The translations under genes were made by a program, and so were the position numbers. Below, in pieces: positions 9,863-24,084 of a stretch of DNA of 64,000 bases (positions are counted from its first letter, which is position 1; each line of letters begins with the position of its first letter). The DNA is taken from the NCBI GenBank assembly GCA_963767925.1, contig CAVYGB010000010.1:128001-192000 (forward strand), written 5' to 3'. Source of the DNA: an uncultured delta proteobacterium (GTDB taxonomy: Bacteria; Myxococcota_A; Polyangia; Fen-1088). Under the pieces are notes generated by a model. The model saw nothing but the letters and a program-made list of their open reading frames with translations, made no database searches and was not told the DNA's origin.

Positions 9863-10006
9863 GCCTTCCTTCCTGCGCGCGCCGGTCGCGCAGGTCAAGC
9901 AACGGTCATCACGGAGCAGCGTTTCAGGCCCCCGCGGCCGCGCCTATCGTTTTGCCGCCCGCCAGCGACAAGGCTCTATAATCCGGCTCGTCATCCCCTT
10001 TCAGCG

Positions 10007-11500
10007 ATGCGTCTTCTCTACATCGACATCGATTCCCTCCGTCCCGACCACCTCGGCTGCTACGGGTACGGGCGGGCCACCAGCCCCCACATCGACCACC
10101 TCGCCGAGGAGGCCATCCGCTTCGAGAACGTCTACGCCTCCGACGTGCCCTGCCTGCCCAGCCGGGCGGCCATGTTCACCGGCCGCTTCGGCATCCACAC
10201 CGGCATCATCAACCACGGCGGCGCCCAGGCCGAGCTGTGGCACGAGGGGCGCGAGCGCGGCTTCGGGTCGGTCCTGGGCCGCACCTCGTTCGTGCGCGGG
10301 CTGCGCGACCTGGGCTTTTACACCGCCACCGTGAGCTCGTTCGCCGAGCGGCACGCGGCCTTCTTCTTTTACGCGGGCTTCAACGAGGTGCTCAACCCCG
10401 GCCGGCGCGGCCTCGAGACCGCCGACCAGGTGGGCGCCCTGGCCCGCGACTGGCTCGCGCGCCACGCCGCCCGCGATAGCTGGTTCCTGCACGTCCAGCT
10501 CTGGGACCCCCACACCCCCTACCGCACCCCCGCCGCCGCCGGCAATCCGTTCGCCGGCGCGCCGCTGCCGGCCTGGCTGACCGACGAGGTGCGGGCCGCC
10601 CACCTGGCCGGCTGCGGGCCCCACTCGGCGCGCGAGACCATTGGCTACGACGATCGCCCGCCCCCCGACGTGCCCTGGGATTATCCCCGCCAGCCGCTGG
10701 CCATGGACTCGGCCGAGGGCGTGCGCCGCATGTTCGACGGGTACGACACGGGGGTCTGGTACGCCGACCGCTGCGTCGGCGACCTCGTCGCCGCGCTGGC
10801 GAGCGCGGGGGTGTTGCAGGACACCGCCATCGTCGTGAGCGCCGACCACGGCGAGAATTTGGGCGAGCTGAACGTCTACGGCGACCACCAGACCGCCGAC
10901 CAGGCCACCGCCCACCTGCCCCTGCTGCTGCGCTGGCCCCAGAATCCGCCCGGCCTGGGCGCCCGGGTCGACCGGGCCCTGCACTACCAGGTGGACGTCG
11001 CCGCCACCTTGCTCGAGCTGCTGGGCGGGCGGGTGCCGCCCAACTGGGACGGGCGCAGCTTCGCCCCGGCCCTGCGGGTGGGCCAGGAGGACGGGCGCGA
11101 GACGCTCGTCCTCTCGCAGGGCGCCTGGACCTGCCAGCGCGGGATCCGCTTCGCGAAGGACGGGGCCGAATACCTCTGCCTGCGCACCTACCACGACGGG
11201 TACCACGGCTACCCCGACACGATGCTGTTCGACCTGGCCAGCGACCCGCACGAGCAGAACGACCTCGCCGCCGCCCGCCCGGCGGTCGTGCACGAGGCCC
11301 TGGCCCGCCTCGAGCGCTGGGTGGCCGAGATGATGGCCCGGGCCACCCACCCGGTCGATCCCATGTGGGTCGTCCTGCACGAGGGGGGGCCCAAACACGT
11401 CCGCGGGCAGCTCCCCCGCTACCTGGAGCGGCTGCGCGCGACCGGGCGGGCCCGCTGGGCCGAGCTGCTGATCTCCCGCCACCCCCGGGAAACGGCATGA
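10007..11500 (+). CDS. Cys-type (formylglycine) sulfatase
   Basis: [27 protein letters not shown] (CxPxR), DPHTPY, SADHGE. No signal peptide. Confidence 0.92.
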   Translation: MRLLYIDIDSLRPDHLGCYGYGRATSPHIDHLAEEAIRFENVYASDVPCLPSRAAMFTGRFGIHTGIINHGGAQAELWHEGRERGFGSVLGRTSFVRGLRDLGFYTATVSSFAERHAAFFFYAGFNEVLNPGRRGLETADQVGALARDWLARHAARDSWFLHVQLWDPHTPYRTPAAAGNPFAGAPLPAWLTDEVRAAHLAGCGPHSARETIGYDDRPPPDVPWDYPRQPLAMDSAEGVRRMFDGYDTGVWYADRCVGDLVAALASAGVLQDTAIVVSADHGENLGELNVYGDHQTADQATAHLPLLLRWPQNPPGLGARVDRALHYQVDVAATLLELLGGRVPPNWDGRSFAPALRVGQEDGRETLVLSQGAWTCQRGIRFAKDGAEYLCLRTYHDGYHGYPDTMLFDLASDPHEQNDLAAARPAVVHEALARLERWVAEMMARATHPVDPMWVVLHEGGPKHVRGQLPRYLERLRATGRARWAELLISRHPRETA

Positions 11501-12540
11501 GCGCCCGCCCCGCGCTGCCCTGGGTCCTGCTGGCCGCCAGCCTGGCGGGCTGCAACGCCGACCCGCCCACCCGGGTCTACCTCGAGCGCTACCGGGCTCC
11601 GCTGCACATCGCCCACCGGGGCGGCGGCGACGAGCTGCCCGAGCACACCCTGTACGCCTACGACTTCTCGCTCGACCAGCTCGGGACCGACGTGCTCGAG
11701 ATCGACGTGCACCGGACCTGCGACGGCCAGCTCGTCATCGCCCACGACGAGGACCTGCAGCGGGTTGTGGGGCGGCCCCACCGGATCAAGGACGTCTCGC
11801 TCGCCTACCTGCGGGCCCTGCGCATCCCCTTTCCGCCCCTGGCCCCCGGGGTGACCGATCCCCGCAGCCTGGTCCCCCTCGACGACGACCTCCTGGTGCG
11901 GGTGCCCACCTTGCGAGAGGTCGTCGATCGCTACCGCAACTGTCTGCTCAACATCGAGATCAAGGACCCCGACGCCAGCGAGGAGGTGGTGGCCCTGCTG
12001 TCGACCCTGCAGGCCGAGCAGGCCCGCGACAACCTGCCGGGCCGACCACCCCCCTTCGACCTCGGCACCCACGTCTGCTTCGCCTCGTTCAGCGACGGGG
12101 TCGGGCAGCGGTTGCAGCGCCGGGTGCCGCAGGCTTGCCACACCTACCCCACCCTGGCCGCGGCCTGCGCCGCCCTGCCGCGGGCCCTGCCCGGCTTCCT
12201 GCGGCTCGAGCCCCGCACCTGCCCGGACTACGACCTGTTCGCCCTGCCCGACTGGCTGATCGACCGGGGCCTCGTCGACTCGATCCACCGGCTCGACCGG
12301 CTGCTCTACGCCTGGACCATCAACGATCGGGACCGCATGGGCGAGCTGCTCGACCTCGGCGTAGACGCCATCATGACCGACCGGCCCGCCCTGCTCCGCG
12401 AGGTCTTCCGCGCGCGCGGGCTGCCCGCTCGCCAGGAGCGACCCGAGGAGCGCGCCGGTCCCGCTGGCGCGTGCGTGATAGAAGCGAAGCCCCTCGAGGC
12501 GTCCCCCGGCGGCGCCGTCCCCTGCGGACCCACCCCGTGA
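11497..12540 (+). CDS. Glycerophosphodiester phosphodiesterase lipoprotein
   Basis: ATGA overlap; lipobox [39 protein letters not shown]. Confidence 0.9.
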   Translation: MSARPALPWVLLAASLAGCNADPPTRVYLERYRAPLHIAHRGGGDELPEHTLYAYDFSLDQLGTDVLEIDVHRTCDGQLVIAHDEDLQRVVGRPHRIKDVSLAYLRALRIPFPPLAPGVTDPRSLVPLDDDLLVRVPTLREVVDRYRNCLLNIEIKDPDASEEVVALLSTLQAEQARDNLPGRPPPFDLGTHVCFASFSDGVGQRLQRRVPQACHTYPTLAAACAALPRALPGFLRLEPRTCPDYDLFALPDWLIDRGLVDSIHRLDRLLYAWTINDRDRMGELLDLGVDAIMTDRPALLREVFRARGLPARQERPEERAGPAGACVIEAKPLEASPGGAVPCGPTP

Positions 12541-13283
12541 AAAACCCTCGCCTCCTGCGACTCTTCCTCGCCTTCTCCTTGCTCGCCCTGCTGGGCCGGC
12601 CCACGCCGGCGGCGGCGATCCCCCTGGCGGGCGAGGCCCTCGTCGGAGTGGGGCTCGACTACGGCGGCTTCGGCGATCACGACCACTACCTGGTGATCGA
12701 GCCCGCGGCGGCGGTCGACGGGCGCGCCGGCTGGTTCTCGTTCGGCCTGCGGGGGAGCCTGGCCCTCGACGCCCTCCGCTTTCACAACCAGGACTTCGCC
12801 TGGGAGCGGGCCGGCGGCGGGCCCAGCCCGGTCTTTTACCTGGCCGCTCCCCTGGGCTACGAAGGCGAGCGGGTGCGCCTCCGGCTGGGCCCCTGGCTGC
12901 GCAGCGACGGCCGCGGCGCCTACGGCCGCCGCACCAGCTTCTTCCCCTGGGGCGCCGGCGATCTGCGGGTGCGCTTTCGGCGCTGGCACCTGCTCGTCGA
13001 CAGCTTCAGCCACCTGCCGATCGCCACCTCGGGCAGCGGCTTGCACGTCGGCTTTCACCTGCCCGAGGGATACGGCCGGGCCCGGGCCGCCACCTGGACC
13101 CTCTATCTCTCCTCGCCGCTCCTGATCGGGATCGCGAGCCGGCACCTGTTCGGCAACCTGGCGGGCCACCCCACCTTCCTGCAGCTCTCCGCCGGGTTCG
13201 ACTTCTTCCAGGGGTGGAAGACGACAACGAAAGGCGCAGCGGTCGAGCTGGGAGCCGCGCTGGGATGGATCATCGCTCCATGA
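12537..13283 (+). CDS. Hypothetical exported, beta-rich protein
   Basis: Overlapping start/stop codons on both sides, signal peptide ending AAA, alternating aromatic strands. Confidence 0.6.
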   Translation: MKNPRLLRLFLAFSLLALLGRPTPAAAIPLAGEALVGVGLDYGGFGDHDHYLVIEPAAAVDGRAGWFSFGLRGSLALDALRFHNQDFAWERAGGGPSPVFYLAAPLGYEGERVRLRLGPWLRSDGRGAYGRRTSFFPWGAGDLRVRFRRWHLLVDSFSHLPIATSGSGLHVGFHLPEGYGRARAATWTLYLSSPLLIGIASRHLFGNLAGHPTFLQLSAGFDFFQGWKTTTKGAAVELGAALGWIIAP

Positions 13284-14350
13284 CCGCCGCCAGCTCCGCG
13301 CTGTCAGAAGCCATCGAACGCGTCCGGCCCGTCGACGAGGCGGCCGCCCGGGCCACCCAGGTGGCCCTCGACGGCAAGACGAAACCCCGCCGCAGCCTGG
13401 GCCGGCTGGAGGACCTGGCTTGCCAGATGGCGGCCATCCGCCGGGACCCCCGCCCCAACCTCGGCGGCAAGGCCATCGTCGTCATGGCGGCCGACCACGG
13501 CGTGGCCGACGAGGGGGTGAGCGCCTACCCCGCCGAGGTCACCGCCCAGATGCTGCTCAACTTCGCCCGGGGCGGCGCCGCCATCAACGTGCTGGCCCGC
13601 CAGGCCGGGGCGCGGGTCGTCGTCGCCGACCTCGGCGTGCGGCGGCCACCGCCCCCGGGCAGCGGCGTGCGGGACCTGCGGGTTGGCCCCGGCACCGCCA
13701 ACCTGGCCCGGGGCCCGGCCATGACCGAGGCCCAGGCCCGGCAGGCCCTCGCCGCCGGCGTGGCCCTGGCCGGCGAGCTCGCCGACGCGGGGGTCGGGCT
13801 GCTCGGCCTGGGGGAGATGGGGATCGGCAACACGACCGCCTCGAGCGCTCTGTGCGCCGCCTTCACCGGCCTGCCGCCCGAGGAGGTCACCGGCCGGGGG
13901 ACCGGGATCGACGAGGCCGGCCTGCAGCGCAAGCTGGCGGCCATCAGGAGCGGGCTGGCCGCCAACCGCCCCGACCCGGCCGACCCCCTCGGCACCCTGG
14001 CCGCGCTCGGCGGCTTCGAGATCGCCGGGCTGGCGGGGGCCACCCTCGGCGCGGCGGGCCGCGGCCTGGCGGTCGTTGTCGACGGGTTCATCGCCAGCGC
14101 GGCGGCCATGGCGGCGGTCCGCCTGTGCCCGGCCGTGCGCGGCTACCTGCTGCCCTCGCACCGCTCGGTCGAGCCCGGGCACGGCGCCATCCTGCGCGAC
14201 CTCGGCCTGCGCCCGCTGCTCGACCTCGACCTCCGGCTCGGCGAGGGGACCGGCGCGGCCTGCGCCATGCCGCTCATCGAGGCCGCCCTCGCCGTCCTGG
14301 CCGAGATGGCGACCTTCGAGTCCGCGGGCGTGAGCGACAGCGGCCGCTGA
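13280..14350 (+). CDS. cobT: Nicotinate-nucleotide-dimethylbenzimidazole phosphoribosyltransferase
   Basis: KTKPRRSLGRLE, AADHGV, GEMGIGNTT, GGFEIAG, LRLGEGTGA. Confidence 0.96.
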   Translation: MTAASSALSEAIERVRPVDEAAARATQVALDGKTKPRRSLGRLEDLACQMAAIRRDPRPNLGGKAIVVMAADHGVADEGVSAYPAEVTAQMLLNFARGGAAINVLARQAGARVVVADLGVRRPPPPGSGVRDLRVGPGTANLARGPAMTEAQARQALAAGVALAGELADAGVGLLGLGEMGIGNTTASSALCAAFTGLPPEEVTGRGTGIDEAGLQRKLAAIRSGLAANRPDPADPLGTLAALGGFEIAGLAGATLGAAGRGLAVVVDGFIASAAAMAAVRLCPAVRGYLLPSHRSVEPGHGAILRDLGLRPLLDLDLRLGEGTGAACAMPLIEAALAVLAEMATFESAGVSDSGR

Positions 14351-14379
14351 CCGCCATCACGGCGCGGCAACACCGCCGC

Positions 14380-14916
14380 TCACAGCCAGCCCAGGCGCTC
14401 GAGGGTGGCGACAACGCGCTCGGCGCTGACCTCGGGGCTCTCCGTCCCGTCGGACCGGATGGTGATGTCCGGGGTCCGGGGCGGCTCGTAAGGATCGTCG
14501 ATCCCGGTGAAATGCTGGATCTCGCCGGCGCGCGCCCGCCGATAGAGGCCCTTCACGTCGCGACCCTCGAGCACTTCGAGCGGCGCCGTGCAATAGACCA
14601 GGGCGAAGCGATCGATCTTTTTTCGAACCTCGTCACGCACTTCCTCGTAAGGAGAGATCGCGGCCGCGCAGACGAAAACGCCATGGCGACTCAACAACTC
14701 GCAGACCCAGCCGATGCGACGGACGTTGGTATCCCGATCTGCCTTGGAGAAGCCAAGGCCCTTGCTGAGGTTCTCTCTCACGAGATCACCGTCGAGCAAC
14801 TCCGTGGGAACGCCGCGACGTCGCAGGATGTCAGAAACGAGCCGAGCGGCCGTCGACTTGCCGGCCCCGCTCAGGCCCGTAAACCAGATGGTGGCGCCCG
14901 CGCGCTTGGCCTCCAT
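14380..14916 (-). CDS. cysC: Adenylyl-sulfate kinase
   Basis: [45 protein letters not shown]. Confidence 0.96.
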   Translation of the reverse strand: MEAKRAGATIWFTGLSGAGKSTAARLVSDILRRRGVPTELLDGDLVRENLSKGLGFSKADRDTNVRRIGWVCELLSRHGVFVCAAAISPYEEVRDEVRKKIDRFALVYCTAPLEVLEGRDVKGLYRRARAGEIQHFTGIDDPYEPPRTPDITIRSDGTESPEVSAERVVATLERLGWL

Positions 14917-15097
14917 GTCTGGTAGATTGCCCTGCGAACCCGCAGCAACGCCAGTCCCGGATGGGCCGGGGCGAGGGGGATGGCGCTCGGGCAGAGAGTG
15001 GGGGCGGCGTCAGGCCCGGCGGTCGGAAAGGTCCGCCGGTGCCGCTGAGAGCCGCGGCCAGGCCTCCCGCTGTCGGACAGCTCGTACATCTCCAGAA

Positions 15098-17454
15098 ATG
15101 TCGCCCTGGGCTTTCTCGAAAACCTCCGCCCCAATGATTGGCTGTCTCGCCGCCCTGCTGGGCGCGGCGGGATGTAGCGAGAAGTCTGCCCCGGCCAGCA
15201 CCGGCCCGGCCGTCACCAGCACGGCCACCACCAGCGCCCCGGTTGCGCCCGACGAGCAGCCCGAGGGCCGCCCGAGCGCCCGCAGCCGGCTCAAGGGCGT
15301 GCGGCCGCTCGTCGTCGAGGCCCGCCGGGCCGAGCTCGACGTGGGCGGCATGTTCATCGACTTCGGCACCGCCGATCAGCTCAAGTACACCGCGGGCGGC
15401 TGGGGCAACGGCTGGGGCGAGCGGCGCACCGAGGGCGACGGGGGGACGACCTACGCCGAGGCGCGGGGCCGGACCCTCCCGGTCCGCCTGTTCCTTTACA
15501 AGGAGAGCGGCTTGCCCCGCCAGGTCGCGGTCCGGCTGCGGACGCGCGGCCCACCCCGCCAGGTCTCGCTGCTGATCGACGGCCAGCCGGTGGGCGAGGC
15601 CCGGGTGGGGCCGGCCTGGAGCACGATGAGCGTGGCCCTCGGTGCCGAGTCGATCCGCCTCGGGCCGGTGGAGCTGGCCCTGGTCTTCGATTCGCCTCCC
15701 GGGCGGGGCGGCCTCGACGTCGACTGGATGTGGCTGGGTCGCTCCCCGGACGGGGTCTTCCCCGAGGCCGGTTCCCGGGTGGCGCCGATGACCTTCGGCG
15801 ATGGCACCCGGCGGGCCCTGCTGGCCCCCACCCCGCGAAGTTATGCCTTCTACCTCGAGGTGCCGCCCCGGGCCTCGCTGGTGTTCGACTACGGCGGCGC
15901 CGCCGGCACCCAGTTCCTGGTGCGCGCGCGCATGGACCGGGGGGCAGGCCCCCGCATCGTCTTCCAGGGGAAGGCCCAGCCGGGGCGCTGGCAGGAGGGG
16001 GTGGTCGACCTGGGGCCGCTGGCCGGTCGGGCCATCAAGCTCGAGCTCATCACCCAGGGCTCGATCTCGGCCGGCTGGGGCGATCCCGAGATCATGGTCC
16101 CGCGCGACCCCGCCCCCCGGACCCCGGCGCCGGTCGCCACCCAGCGCAAGCCGGCCCGCAACGTGATCCTGCTGGTCATCGACACCGTGCGGGCCGACGT
16201 GTTCAAGCCCTTCAACAGCAAGAGCGCCGTGCGCACCCCGAACTTCGAGCGGCTGGCCGAGGAGTCGACCGTCTTCACCAGCGCCTACGCCAACGAGAAC
16301 TGGACCAAGCCGTCGGTGGCGACCATCCTCTCCGGGCTCTATCCGACCACCCACGGCACCAAGGAAGACGGCGACGTGCTCAGCTCGGACGCCCCCCTGC
16401 TGTCCGAGCACCTCAAGCGCAAGTCGTTCGCCACCGCCGCCTTCATCGCCAACGGCTACGTCAGCGACAAGTTCGGGTTCAAGCGCGGCTGGGACGCCTA
16501 CACGAACTACATCCGCGAGAACCGCCCCTCCGAGGCCCAGTACGTCTTTTCCGACGCGCTGGCCTGGATCAACAAGCACACCGACGATCGCTTCTTCCTC
16601 TACCTGCAGACCATCGATCCCCACGTCCCCTACGACCCGCCCTCGGAGTACACCCGCATGTACCACCCCGGCGAATACCGGGGGCGCTTCGGCCGTTCTC
16701 TCGATGGCATCGAGCAGCTCGACATCGCCAGCAAGAAGAAGCCCATGGACCAGGCGGACTGGGAGTACATCCGGGCGCTGTACGACGCCGAGGTCACCTA
16801 CCACGACACCCACATGGGCAAGTTCCTCGACCAGATCGACCAGATGGGCCTGCTCGACGAGACCCTGTTCATCGTGACCAACGACCACGGCGAGGAGCTC
16901 CGGGATCACGGCAAGCTGGGTCACGGCCACTCGCTGTACGATGAGCTGGTGCGCGCGCCCATGTTGATCCGCTACCCCTCGCTGTTCCGGGGCGGCCAGC
17001 GCGTCAGCGAGCCGGTCGAGAACGTCGACCTGTTCCCCACCGTGCTGGAGGCCCTGGGCCTCGAGCCGGTGTCCGACGTGGACGGCGTGTCGCTGCTGCC
17101 CATGCTCGAGGGCAAGCCCCCCTCGGTCCCCAGCTACGCCATCAGCGAGTTTCGCGCGGCTTTCCGCAGCGTGCGGCTGGGCCGCTGGAAGATGATCGCC
17201 GGCCAGGACGGCAACCGCCGCCTGTTCGACATGGAGATCGACCCCGCCGAGCAGGTGGACCAGGCGCGGCGGGCGCCCATCGCCAGCCGGATGTGCGAGC
17301 AACATCTGGCCGAGTTTCTGGCCAGCCCGGCCAAGACCCTGCGGTTCCGGGAGGCAAACGTGCCGCAACGCCGCTTCAAGCCAGGCCTGGTGCAGCAGGA
17401 TCCCGAGCTGCGCAAGCAGCTAGAAGCGCTAGGCTACTTCGGGGGCATGAAAGA

Positions 17455-17458
<4 letters not shown>
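15098..17458 (+). CDS. Lipoprotein with N-terminal beta domains and a non-canonical sulfatase-fold domain
   Basis: Lipobox AAGC; VIDTVRAD, NWTKPSV in place of CxPxR, DPHVPY, NDHGE, GHGHSLY; C-terminal LRKQLEALGY. Start 15098 or 15134. Confidence 0.85.
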
Positions 17459-19598
<2,140 letters not shown>

Positions 19599-19602
<4 letters not shown>

Positions 19603-21578
19603 TCCGCCGCCCGCCCCCCGCGCGACATAACGACCGGAACACGCGCCGCCGAGGTTTCGGGCCGCTGCCCCTGTGCCTGGCCGGCCTGGCGCTCGCCGGC
19701 GCGCTGGCCTGCAACGAGCAGGGGGCGCGCAAGGAGGCGGGCATGATCGTGCTGGGCATCGACGGCATGGACCTGCTGCTCACCCGCACCTATCTGCAGG
19801 AGCGGCGCCTGCCCAACCTCTCGGAGATCGCCCGCGCCGGATCGTTCGTCGAGCTGGGGACCAGCAACCCGCCCCAGAGCCCGGTGGCCTGGTCCCACTT
19901 CATCACCGGCACCACCTCGGCCGCTCACGGCATCTACGACTTCGTCCACCGCGACCCCGCGCAGATGTCCCCCTACCTGTCCACCTCCCAGGTCGAGGAC
20001 TCGGACCTCACGTTGAGCGCCTTCGGCTGGCGCCTGCCCCTCGGATCGCCCGAGATGAAGCTGCTGCGCGAGGGGGCACCCTTCTGGTCGCAGCTCACGG
20101 CGGCGGGCATCCCCGCCACCATCATGAAGATCCCCGCCCACTTCCCCCCTACCGAGGCGCCCGGGTCCCGGACCCTCTCGGGCATGGGCACCCCCGATCT
20201 GCTCGGCACCTACGGGACGTTCCAGTTCCTCACCGACGACCCCGCCTTCCTCGCGCGCAAGCTGAGCGGGGGGATGGTGCACAAGCTGCAACGCCGGGGC
20301 GCGGTCCTGGTGGCCGACCTGCAGGGCCCCCCCAACCCGATGAAGGTCACGCAGCAGCCGATGACCCTCCTGGTGGAGATCGCCCCCAACGCCGCCCGCA
20401 CGGCCGCCCTGGTGCGGCTGGCGGGGACCGAGCGGCTGCTGCGGGCGGGCGAGTGGTCGGACTGGGTGCCCATCGCCTTCAGCCCGGGGTCCCTGGGCTC
20501 GGAGGTGCCGGGCATGGTGCGGCTCTACCTCAAGTCGTTGACCCCCCAGACGCGCCTCTACGTCAGCCCGATCAACATCGACCCACGCAACCCGGCGATG
20601 ACCATCTCCTCGCCCTCCGAGTGGGTGCAGGAGCTGGGCGAGCAGGTGGGGCGCTTTTACACCCAGGGCATGCCCGAGGACACCAAGGCGCTCGAGAACG
20701 GGGTGCTGACTGACGACGAGTTCCTCACCCAGGCCGACCTCATCTTCGACGAGGAGCGCGCCATCCTGGCCAGGGAGCTGCAGGAGTTCAAGGGCGGGCT
20801 GCTGTTCCACTACTTCTCGGTGGTGGACCAGGTGAGCCACATGTTCTTCCAGTCCGCCCTGCCCAACCCCCCGCCCCGGCTGGCCCGCTACACGAAGGTG
20901 CTCCCGCGCATTTACGCCCAGATCGACGAGGTGGTCGGGAAGGTGCGGGCGGCAGTGGGCAAAGACACCGTGATCGTGGTGATGTCCGATCATGGCTTCT
21001 CCCCCTACAAGTGGAAGGTCAACCTGAACACCTGGCTGCAACGCCAGGGCTACCTGACCCTGCGGGAGAAGCCGGGCCCGGGGGCCCTGGGCCACATCGA
21101 TTGGAGCCGGACCCAGGCCTATGCCCTGGGCCTCAACCAGCTCTTCGTCAACCTGCGCGGGCGGGAGGCCGACGGCATCGTCTCGCTCGACGACCGGGGC
21201 GCCCTGCTCGACCGGCTGGCCCGCGACCTCGAGTCCTGGATCGACGACGTCTCGGGCGGGCGGGTCATCTCGGCGACCTTCCGCCCTTCCAGCAGCCGGC
21301 ACCCCGAGCGGGCCCCCGACATGTTGATCGGCTTCGCCAGGGGCTACCGCAGCTCGGACGCCTCCGCCACCGGGCTGCCGGAGCCGGACATGGTGTTCGC
21401 CAACAAGGACAAGTGGAGTGGCGACCACTGCATGGACCCCACCCTGGTGCCGGGGGTGCTGTTCTCCAGCCGCAAGCTCCGCGAGCGCCGGGCGTTTCTG
21501 GTCGACCTGGCCCCCACGATCCTGTCGTATTTCGGTCTGGCTCCGGCCAGTGGTACCGAAGGCAAGGCTCTGTTCTAG
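19599..21578 (+). CDS. Alkaline-phosphatase/NPP superfamily paralogue, predicted (Tat) lipoprotein
   Basis: TRRRGF followed by lipobox ALAC; LGIDG, PPQSPVAWSHFITG, DQVSHMF, SDHG, WSGDHC. Confidence 0.88.
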
Positions 21579-21606
21579 ACTGGGGACCGATCATGGGAGA
21601 CCGTTC

Positions 21607-21915
21607 ATGAGCAAGATCAAGATCCCGAAGTCGTACAAGCAGCGACTGACCGAGGTCGGCCGCAAGTTCAAGTTTCCCTCCGACGAGGCCTTCGCGATGC
21701 ACCTCATCGACCGGGGCCTGCGCCAGTTCCAGCTCCCGCAGCTCTCGGCGCCGGTCGAAACGAAGATCGCCCAGGTGGTCGAGGACCACGGCTACTCCTC
21801 GGCCGACGAGGTGATCGAGCACCTCCTGGAGCGCGGCCTGCGGGCTTACGAAGAGCCGGAGAACGATCCAAAGAAGCTCGAGGCGCGGCTGAGAGGGCTC
21901 GGATACATCGACTGA
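21607..21915 (+). CDS. Small cytoplasmic protein with tandem RHH/CopG-like repeat and C-terminal RLRGLGYID
   Basis: RBS GGGAG; internal repeat FPSDEAFAMHLIDRGL / YSSADEVIEHLLERGL. Confidence 0.75.
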   Translation: MSKIKIPKSYKQRLTEVGRKFKFPSDEAFAMHLIDRGLRQFQLPQLSAPVETKIAQVVEDHGYSSADEVIEHLLERGLRAYEEPENDPKKLEARLRGLGYID

Positions 21916-21919
21916 TCCG

Positions 21920-22741
21920 ATGGACGAGCTCGCGTCCATGTCCCGGCAGGTGGCCGAAGCGCTCCTCTGGCCATTCGACATCCTGCCGCGCCGGCTCGGG
22001 CTCCTCGTCTTTTCCGTCGTGAGCGGCCTGCTGATGTTGCTGGTGGTCGGCAAGGCCACCCCCCAGGCTCGCCTCAAACACGCGCGCGAGCAGATGTCCT
22101 CGGCCATCTACGAGCTGCGGATCTTCCTCGACAACCCGCGGCGGATCTTCGTGGCCCAGGGGCGGCTCGTCCTGTGGAGCCTGAACTACCTGGCTTACCT
22201 GCTGCCCGCCTTCGCCCTGCTCCTGCCGGTGCTGGCCCTGCTGTTCGCCCCCCTGGAGATCCGCTACGGGCTGACGCCGCTGTCCCCGGGGACCGACGCC
22301 CTCGTCCGCGTCGACCTGCGGGCCCCTCTGGCCGCCGCCGAGCAGGCCACCGTGGAGGGGGGCACCGCCGTCCGGCTGGTCGCCCCTCCCGTGCTGGTGG
22401 CCGACGAGCGGGTGCTCTACCTGCGCCTCGGCATCCTCGAAAAGGGGCTGCACCGGGTGCGCATCAGCGCCCCCGGCTGGCAGGTGGAGAAGATCCTGTC
22501 GGCCGAGGGCGGCGGCGACCGGCCGGTCAGCGCCGAGCGGCGGGCCGGGCTGGGCCAGCTCTTCGCCCTCGGCAACGAGCCCCCCCTCCCCTCGGATGGC
22601 CCGGTGGCGGCGGTGGTTGTCACCCACCTGGAGCGCGAGCAGAGCTGGGCCGGGATCGAGATGCCCTGGTGGATCTTCTGGCTGCTGGTGGCGACGGTGG
22701 TGGCGCTGGCCTTCAAGAAACGCTTTGGAGTGACACTGTGA
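21920..22741 (+). CDS. Three-TM membrane protein, DUF106/EMC3/TMCO1-like, with an inserted soluble domain
   Basis: Amphipathic N-helix, TM1, coiled coil, Pro-containing TM2, beta-rich insert, C-terminal [22 protein letters not shown]. Confidence 0.55.
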   Translation: MDELASMSRQVAEALLWPFDILPRRLGLLVFSVVSGLLMLLVVGKATPQARLKHAREQMSSAIYELRIFLDNPRRIFVAQGRLVLWSLNYLAYLLPAFALLLPVLALLFAPLEIRYGLTPLSPGTDALVRVDLRAPLAAAEQATVEGGTAVRLVAPPVLVADERVLYLRLGILEKGLHRVRISAPGWQVEKILSAEGGGDRPVSAERRAGLGQLFALGNEPPLPSDGPVAAVVVTHLEREQSWAGIEMPWWIFWLLVATVVALAFKKRFGVTL

Positions 22742-23313
22742 CGACCAGATCGGAGACGATAACCGTCGTGTCGGGGCTGCCCCGCTCGGGCACCTCGATG
22801 ATGATGCGGGCGATGCAGGCCGGCGGCCTGCCCGTGCTGGCCGATGGCCTGCGCGAGGCCGACGAGGACAACCCCCACGGCTACTTCGAGCTCGAGCTGG
22901 TCAAGAAGACGCTGCACGACGGCACCTGGATCGCCGGAGCCCGGGGCAAGGTGGTCAAGGTGATCGCCCGGCTGCTCGTCGATCTGCCGGCCGGCGAGCG
23001 CTACAAGATCGTGTTCATGCGGCGGGACCTCGACGAGGTGCTGCGCTCGCAACGCAAGATGCTCGAGCGGCGGGGCGAGCCGCCCGGCCCCCCCGACGAG
23101 GAGATGCGCAGCTTGCTGCTGGGCCATATCTTCGAGACCGAAGATTGGCTGCGGGCCCGGCCCGAGATGGAGACCCTCTACGTCTCCTACAACCGCATGG
23201 TTGTCGAGCCCCGCCCCCAGGCCGAACGCATCAACCGGTTCTTTGGCGGGACCCTCGACGTCGACGAGATGGTCGCCGCCGTCGACGCCAGCCTCTACCG
23301 CCAGCGCAAGTGA
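22738..23313 (+). CDS. PAPS-dependent sulfotransferase
   Basis: GTGA overlap; 5'-PSB loop [20 protein letters not shown], 3'-PB motif [12 protein letters not shown]. No signal peptide. Confidence 0.9.
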   Translation: MTTRSETITVVSGLPRSGTSMMMRAMQAGGLPVLADGLREADEDNPHGYFELELVKKTLHDGTWIAGARGKVVKVIARLLVDLPAGERYKIVFMRRDLDEVLRSQRKMLERRGEPPGPPDEEMRSLLLGHIFETEDWLRARPEMETLYVSYNRMVVEPRPQAERINRFFGGTLDVDEMVAAVDASLYRQRK

Positions 23314-23364
23314 GCGCCTGGGTCGACGGACGGGCCCGCCTCGACACGCCCGGGAGTGAGGGGG

Positions 23365-24084
23365 TCAGTTGGGCGGCTGCACCAGGGCGGGTCCGCCGGG
23401 TGAGCGGGCGCGCTGCTGGTTGTTGTTTCGCTCGAGGCGGCGCTGCATCCGCTCGGCCTGGCGGACGTCCCGGAGCTGCTTCATGCGGGCCTCGCCCAGC
23501 ATGCTGCGCACGGCGGTCTCGGTCTTGTCCTCCAGCTCGTCGATCTCGTCGTCCGCCTGGGAGGCGCTCTTGATCCCCGAGCGCATCTCCTCGATCACCC
23601 GCGAACGGGCGGAGTTCAGGGAGGTGTACATGTTCTGGATGGCCCCCTGCTCGGTCGAGGAGAGCGAGAGCGCGCGGGTCAGCCGCTCCTGCTGGCGCTG
23701 GTCGCGCTCGATGTCTTCCTTGGCTTTCTCCGCCAGCTTGGTCTGGCGATCCATCTCCTGCAGCTTGGTCATGGCGCCCTTGAGGTGGGAGAGCCCCTCC
23801 GAAGTCTCGAGGGCCTGACCGAGCGCGGCGGTGGGCGGCGCCCCCTCGGTCGGCTCCGCTGGCGCGGGCGCCTTGGGATCGGGGCGCGGCACCGTCAGGC
23901 GCGGCACCGGCGCCGCGGCAACGAACGGCCGGCTGCCCGGGCTGGCGAGAGAATCGGCGACCGGTTGCGCGCTCAGCTTCTCGGTCAGCGCCGCGACCTG
24001 GCCCGACAGGCGGATCAGGAAGGCGCCTTCCACGATGGCGGCAATGGTCAGGACGAATACGGCAATGATTCCGACCAGACGCAT
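23365..24084 (-). CDS. Hypothetical membrane-anchored coiled-coil protein
   Basis: N-terminal TM, Pro linker, charged helical domain; host-like codon usage. Confidence 0.7.
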   Translation of the reverse strand: MRLVGIIAVFVLTIAAIVEGAFLIRLSGQVAALTEKLSAQPVADSLASPGSRPFVAAAPVPRLTVPRPDPKAPAPAEPTEGAPPTAALGQALETSEGLSHLKGAMTKLQEMDRQTKLAEKAKEDIERDQRQQERLTRALSLSSTEQGAIQNMYTSLNSARSRVIEEMRSGIKSASQADDEIDELEDKTETAVRSMLGEARMKQLRDVRQAERMQRRLERNNNQQRARSPGGPALVQPPN

